DNA of 64,000 nucleotides from Eledone cirrhosa (taxonomy: Eukaryota). Position 1 is the first letter of the stretch. Each line of letters begins with the position of its first letter. Of the stretch, positions 58,300 through 64,000 are shown one piece after another. Made by a program: the position numbers and the translations under genes. The stretch spans positions 87,544,001-87,608,000 of the forward strand of contig OZ024743.1 in NCBI GenBank assembly GCA_964016885.1, in the 5' to 3' direction. The notes below the pieces were generated by a model. It did not search any database. It saw only the letters and a program-made list of their open reading frames with translations, and was not told the origin of the DNA.

Positions 58300-59100
58300 T
58301 ATATATTCTAAGGAAAGGTTTAGACATTTTGTTTTTACAAGTGTTGACGAGGTACGAACGTTTGTTTATTATCTGGGGTCCATCATTTATAGTACACATA
58401 GATCGGTGGTGCAAAGATCGCAACCACGCGAAATAGATCCATTCACATACGGTGGCGCTGTTGAAAGCATAGACCACGACAGAGAATATTGTACTCGATC
58501 TTGCTTAAGCCTCCATACAAACTCGGATAACGCCGGGCTCCGTCTCTTATCAATCCGGTTAAAGGAGTGACAATGGTTGTACCACCTAGCCTTAAAACTG
58601 GTCACTGTTGCGCTGATGTACTTGTACGTTGCGTCATTAGTGGTAACCCTACATTCATAGACTATATTTGTACGGAATGATTTATTCTTCATAGGGCAGT
58701 TAGTTATAATTCTACTGTTACGGTTAATGTTGTTATTGTGTTTTGTGTTATGATTATGCCAATAGGTGTGGTTGATTTTCTGGCCCAGGCCAATGGAGTT
58801 GTGTCTGTTAGGTCTATTATGTTTCCCTTAGGTATTTACGTAATATTAGGGGGAAAATGCAGTTGTACTCGCATTTGGACTATGTTTATGCTTTCAACTG
58901 TGTTATTGTTAATCTTGGCTATGTTTTAGGCAAGTTTTTTAGTGGTTGAGTGTGATAGCTTAACTGTGTGTCAATTAAATACCCTGCTGTATCTATGTGA
59001 TTTGGGAGAACATTTACCTAGTGCATTGGAAAAAAAGTCGAGTGGGATGTTTATACCATAGGATGGAACACAAGCGGATCTTGTTCCGCTATTACCTTCT
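58300..59100 (-). pseudogene. PLE GIY-YIG fragment
   Basis: NIVYEC..YIS..FKARWYNH..VWRLK..CDLC. Confidence 0.8.
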
Positions 59101-59520
59101 TTCATAATGTGTTATATACTTAGTGTGTGTATATGTGTGTGCTAGGGGTCCTTAAGGTGTGCGCTGGAAGATGTGGAGGGGGCCTTTGCTTTCCTGTTGT
59201 GACGAGTAGTATTGGGGTTATTGTCTGTAGACTGCTCTGTGAGTATCCGGGCCCGCGGTTAAGCTAGTAGTTGTTGTCTTACTATAGGTGGAGTTTTCCA
59301 AGTTGGTGTTATCTCTACTATGTTTGTGTGAGTTATAACAAGGTTTGTATTGTCAGGTATTGTGTCTATGCAACTTAGGAAACTCCACCTAGTAAGACAA
59401 CAACCATTACCTTACATCCATCCACTCATCCATCCATACATACATACACTACACACACGCATATATATTATGTGTGTGTTCGTTTGTGTATATGTATATA
59501 TATATCTATTTGTCTAGCCA

Positions 59521-59650
<130 letters not shown>

Positions 59651-59758
59651 TTAAAATAAGACTCCAGTTGCATTTTCGATTTCATCTTTTTTTCTTTATA
59701 CTTTCACTCGTGTAGGACACCTCGGTTATTTTTCATTTTGTAAAAAAACCTCACTTTC

Positions 59759-59868
<110 letters not shown>

Positions 59869-59882
59869 AATGATATTAATAA

Positions 59883-60136
59883 ATGGAAACTATATTTATA
59901 AAACCATATTTATACTATTATATATATTTCAAGGGTACCAAAACTTTGGTACGCTCTCATCAGATAAAATACAAAGTTTGTTTTATAAATATTGACATAT
60001 CCAGGATCTCGTTCCTGGATATGTCAATATTTATAAAACAAACTTTGTATTTTATCTGATGAGAGCGTACCAAAGTTTTGGTACCCTTGAAATATATATA
60101 ATAGTATAAATATGGTTTTATAAATATAGTTTCCAT
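59883..60136. repeat. Perfect palindrome (124-bp arms, 6-nt loop)
   Basis: Arms 59883-60006 and 60013-60136. Confidence 0.95.
60048..60108 (+). ncRNA. Hammerhead; mirror copy at 59911-59971 on the minus strand
   Basis: tattttat-CTGATGA-gagcgtaccaaa gt tttggtaccctt-GAAA-tatata-TA-atagtata. Confidence 0.75.
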
Positions 60137-60919
60137 ATCATTGATATTAATATTATACTCCAGAAAACTTGTCGAGTGCTTCGAATAAGTTATAAAAAAA
60201 TATATATTCGTTGAATTACCAACAAATTAAATATCCCTTTGCTTATATATATATATATATGTCTTTGTTTCTTTCTTTTCTTCCTTCCTCTCTATCTTTC
60301 TGTTAATCCATCCATCTAACCATCCCCTCAACCACCATCAGAATCCAGGGGAATTAACTTTAGCAAAATTGATGTTGTAATTATCTCCCTTATTTTACTT
60401 TAGATTTCTCAAATTTTATATATACATATATATAGAGAGATTGTTTTTGTATAGATTGTTTTTGGTTATATCACTGAAGTGTTGCTATGCCTTGTCTGAT
60501 TGGTTCAGAAATTTGCTTCGCAGTCATTAGTTCCAGGGTTCCTTCCCACTGGGTAACATCTTAAGTAAGTATCGTTTACCCTAGCCTCGCTCAACCCAAA
60601 CTTTGTGATTGACATTGGGTATGGTAGACGGAACTGTTGCGGAAGCCTGTGAGATTGACTGTATTGATAAGTCAAAGAGACTGCCTTGTCAGACACACAC
60701 AATATGACGCTGGATCTGCCTGAGAATTATGTTAAATGTACACGTGTCTACAGAATGCTCGGACACTTACACGTTAATTTCATGAATAGACTGTTACGTT
60801 GATTGAACAATCCAAATAATCATCGTCGAAACTGGTTGTGGTCCATTGTACAGAGAGCTGAACTATTTCCTACAACCCTGTCTAGCCGAAATATTCAGGT
60901 TGAAATGCAGTCTGACACC

Positions 60920-61204
60920 TACTCTCGGGTCCCAAATAATAGAGGGGAGGAGGTATTAAAGGGGCGGGGTATCGGTATTTTTTATATTACCGATTTATGG
61001 GATTTCTTGTAATGTTCTTTTTTTGTCGTATATAATGTTTTTTTAATGTAAAATAAAATTATTATTCGATTCTCTAGCTGCTGTATCAATCACTTACAAT
61101 AAAATTTCATAGGAGGGGGGGGGATAAAAGCGGGTGTGATGGAACAAATCTGAAAAATTAATAAGCGGGGGTGGGGTGGGACGATTATTCAAGACCTGAG
61201 AGTA
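60920..61204. mobile_element. MITE with about 21-bp imperfect TIRs
   Basis: tactctcgggtcccaaataat / attattcaagacctgagagta. Confidence 0.65.
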
Positions 61205-61779
61205 CATTTTTGATTCATATTTTAGAAGTGAGTGATCGATAAGATATGTATTGATAGAATTTGACTGTTATACAAGATTGTGTTTGACAGTAATGTGACA
61301 GCTTCTACGCTGGTGGCTGAGTAGTTAGGAAGTTATGTAATTCTTATATCATATACAGGGAGATAATACTGTTAGATTATGCAAGGGGAGGTAATAAAGT
61401 TAGCCTCTGATCCTTTCTTACTAAACCGTACATGTTTTGTTGTTTATTTGTTTTGAATTGTTTTGCTTTTTTAACAAAAGAAACATATTTGTTACAGATA
61501 TCTGCAAGATACATTCTCATGGTGTGACCTGGAGTTATTTGGTGTTTCGGGCCTTTCAATATCAGGCGACCTTGACATGGTTGATCAGGTCCTCGGAAGA
61601 CGAGATTTCTATGTCCGACAAATCTGAGCCAGAAGTGAGAAGTATATTTGTGTGTATATATTTGTGTTTGTGATTTGTTAGGAGGGGGCTTATGTTCTAT
61701 TGTTGTTGTTGTTTGGGGAGTTCTGTTACTATTGTTGTTGCTTCTGTTAATGTAGCAGCTGTTACTGCTACTCTTGTGG

Positions 61780-61905
61780 TTTCACGTTGCTATTTCACGT
61801 TGCTATTTCACGTTGCTATTCACGTTGCTATTTCACGTTGCTATTTCACGTTGCTATTTCACGTTGCTATTCACGTTGCTATTTCACGTTGCTATTCACG
61901 TTGCT
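61780..61905. repeat. 12/13-bp minisatellite
   Basis: (ctatttcacgttg)n. Confidence 0.95.
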
Positions 61906-62089
61906 TCTTGTTGTGGATGTAGTGTTGGCAAACGGTGGGTTTAACCTTCCTTTTCCTCCATACTTGAAGACAAAGGTTGTTTTTTTTTTGTGGTGGATGT
62001 TACCACATATGTAACACCTGGATCCGCTGCCCTCCATCACATCTTTCGTTTGGTCAATACTTGTAAGTTGAATGCGATAGGAACTGTTA

Positions 62090-62262
62090 ATAAGCCGATG
62101 GGAATAAGCAACATTAGAACTTTCGTAGGTGTATTAGTGTGATAAGAAAAGTTTATGAAAACCATCTTAATAAATATCCCAGGTGAACCATCTCTTCAGG
62201 AAATAGAAAATAATAATTTTAACCAACACTGCACACATACATCGAAGAGTTCTTTCAGTCTA
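62090..62262 (+). pseudogene. R4/Dong-like LINE extreme C-terminal fragment
   Basis: IPGEPSLQEI..ILTNTAH..RRVLSV*. Confidence 0.5.
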
Positions 62263-62364
62263 AATATGAATTATCGAAAACCTACAACTTAATGTTACAT
62301 ACTTAAAACTGTGCTTTCTTCACTTTATTTGAATTATATTTTATATACCTCTACACTTCTTATG

Positions 62365-63890
62365 TAATGGTTTCTTATTTAGGCACAAGGCCATTAATTT
62401 TTTTTTTTTTTTTGGGGGGGGGGGGGGTCGATTTAATCGACAGTGTGTGATTGGTATTTTATTTTATCGACCCCGTAAGGGTAAAAGACAAAGTTAACCT
62501 CGGCGGGATTTGAACTCAACACTTCTTATATAATAGAAAAATAAACACTTACAAATCAATATTCAGTGCCAAATTATACACACAAAGCATACATTTCTTT
62601 TTGTAAACAATGTGGTGTTATACAGATTGTTGAAAGCAACTAATCCCTTAACTTCTCTTGCCCCAGGCTATGGTTAAAAACTCGGCAAATAATTGTATAA
62701 AGCGGCGAAAATAGGAATAATAATTGTTTCTACTTTAGGCACAAAGCCAGCAATTACCCAGTACATTACTGGTACTTTATTTTATCGACCCCGTAAGGAT
62801 GAAAGACAAAGTTAACCTCGGCGGGATTTGAACTCAGACTGTAAAGGGACGTAACTATGCTAGAAAGCATGGCGTCCGACCCTCTACCGATACTGCCAAT
62901 TCACCAATAATAATGATTGCTTACATAGGCACAAGGCCAACAATTTTAGGGGAGGGGAAAGTTGATTAAATCGACCCAAGTGCATTACTGGTACTTTATT
63001 TCATCGACATCGTAAGGATGAAAGGCAAAGCTAACCTCGGCAGGATTTGAACTTAGAACATAAAGGGCCGTAACTCTATGCCACAAAGCATGTTGTTCAA
63101 CGCTATGATTTCTAATCTGGGAACAGGCTCTGCGATTTGGAGAGGCTTAAGTTGATTATATCGACCCCATTATCTGACTGGTACTTTATTTTGTCGACCC
63201 AGGAAAGATGAAAGGCAACATTGACCTCGGCGAGATTTGAAATCAGAACATAAAGAGCAGGAACAAATTTCCGCAAAGCAGTTTATCCTACGCTCTAACG
63301 ATTCTGCCAGTCCATCACTTTATAATAGAAATAATAAATAAACATTGTTATCTCTGATCGAGACGAAGCGAAAGTGTATTTGAATTCATATATAAATGAG
63401 AAAACTCATAGCTGTTATTGACAGCATTTAGCAGTTTAATGTCTGTTTTAGCGATAAGTTTTTTTCGTTTTTATTCGAATTAAAATCATGCTTTCTTTAT
63501 TTAAATATTTAAATCAGAAGATTTAGGCACAGTAATGACAATTTTTTGAGGAGGGGAAAGTTGATTAAATCGCCCTCAGTGCATTACTGGTACTTCATTT
63601 TATCAACCTCGTAAGGATGAAGGCAAAGCTAACCTTAGCAGGATTTGAACTTAGATCGTTAAGGCCGTAACTTTATGCCATGTTGTCAGACGCTACACCG
63701 ATTCTGTCAATCCATCGCCCTATATATATGATTAAAGATAATAGTTTCTAATTACGTCACAAGGGCATCAATTTTATTGGGGGAGGGCAATCGATTATAT
63801 TGATTTGTCTGGTACTTTATTTCATCGACTCCAGAAAGATAAAAGGCGGCAAAGTTGACCTCGGTGGCGAGATTTAAACCGAGAACGTAC
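62365..63890 (-). mobile_element. Cluster of about 6 SINE family B copies
   Basis: Repeated ggcacaaggcc..actggtactttattttatcgaccccgtaaggatgaaa..aaagttaacctcggcgggatttgaac. Confidence 0.85.
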
Positions 63891-64000
63891 GGGGCTGGTA
63901 CTTAGGAAAAAGGCAAGGATAAAAGATAAAGTTTACATTAACGAGATGACTTAAGTAACTACGGTAACATTCTTTCTGAAAGAGAAGATAAGAACGATAA

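Overview
Eukaryotic, AT-rich, repeat-saturated DNA with no recognisable host gene. The SINE families and microsatellite load suggest a mollusc, probably an octopus (inference). Most short ORFs in the track are translations of (TA)n, (CA)n or (TATG)n. The real content is decayed mobile DNA: many Penelope-like retroelements (PLEs; RT plus GIY-YIG), two Helitron RepHel remnants plus non-autonomous Helitrons, a hAT/Charlie-type element with TIRs and an 8-bp TSD, an R4/Dong-like LINE, CRE- and RTE-like fragments, a Chapaev-like transposase, two SINE families and MITEs. The main unannotated signal is about 15-18 type I hammerhead ribozyme (HHR)-like motifs, found by eye. Many lie inside short non-coding fold-back (inverted-repeat) elements inserted in (TA)n tracts. 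These include palindromes with an HHR on each strand, U3-A8 core variants, and two diverged copies that share an octamer/TATA-like upstream block. All folds and alignments were done by eye, and coordinates are approximate where stated.
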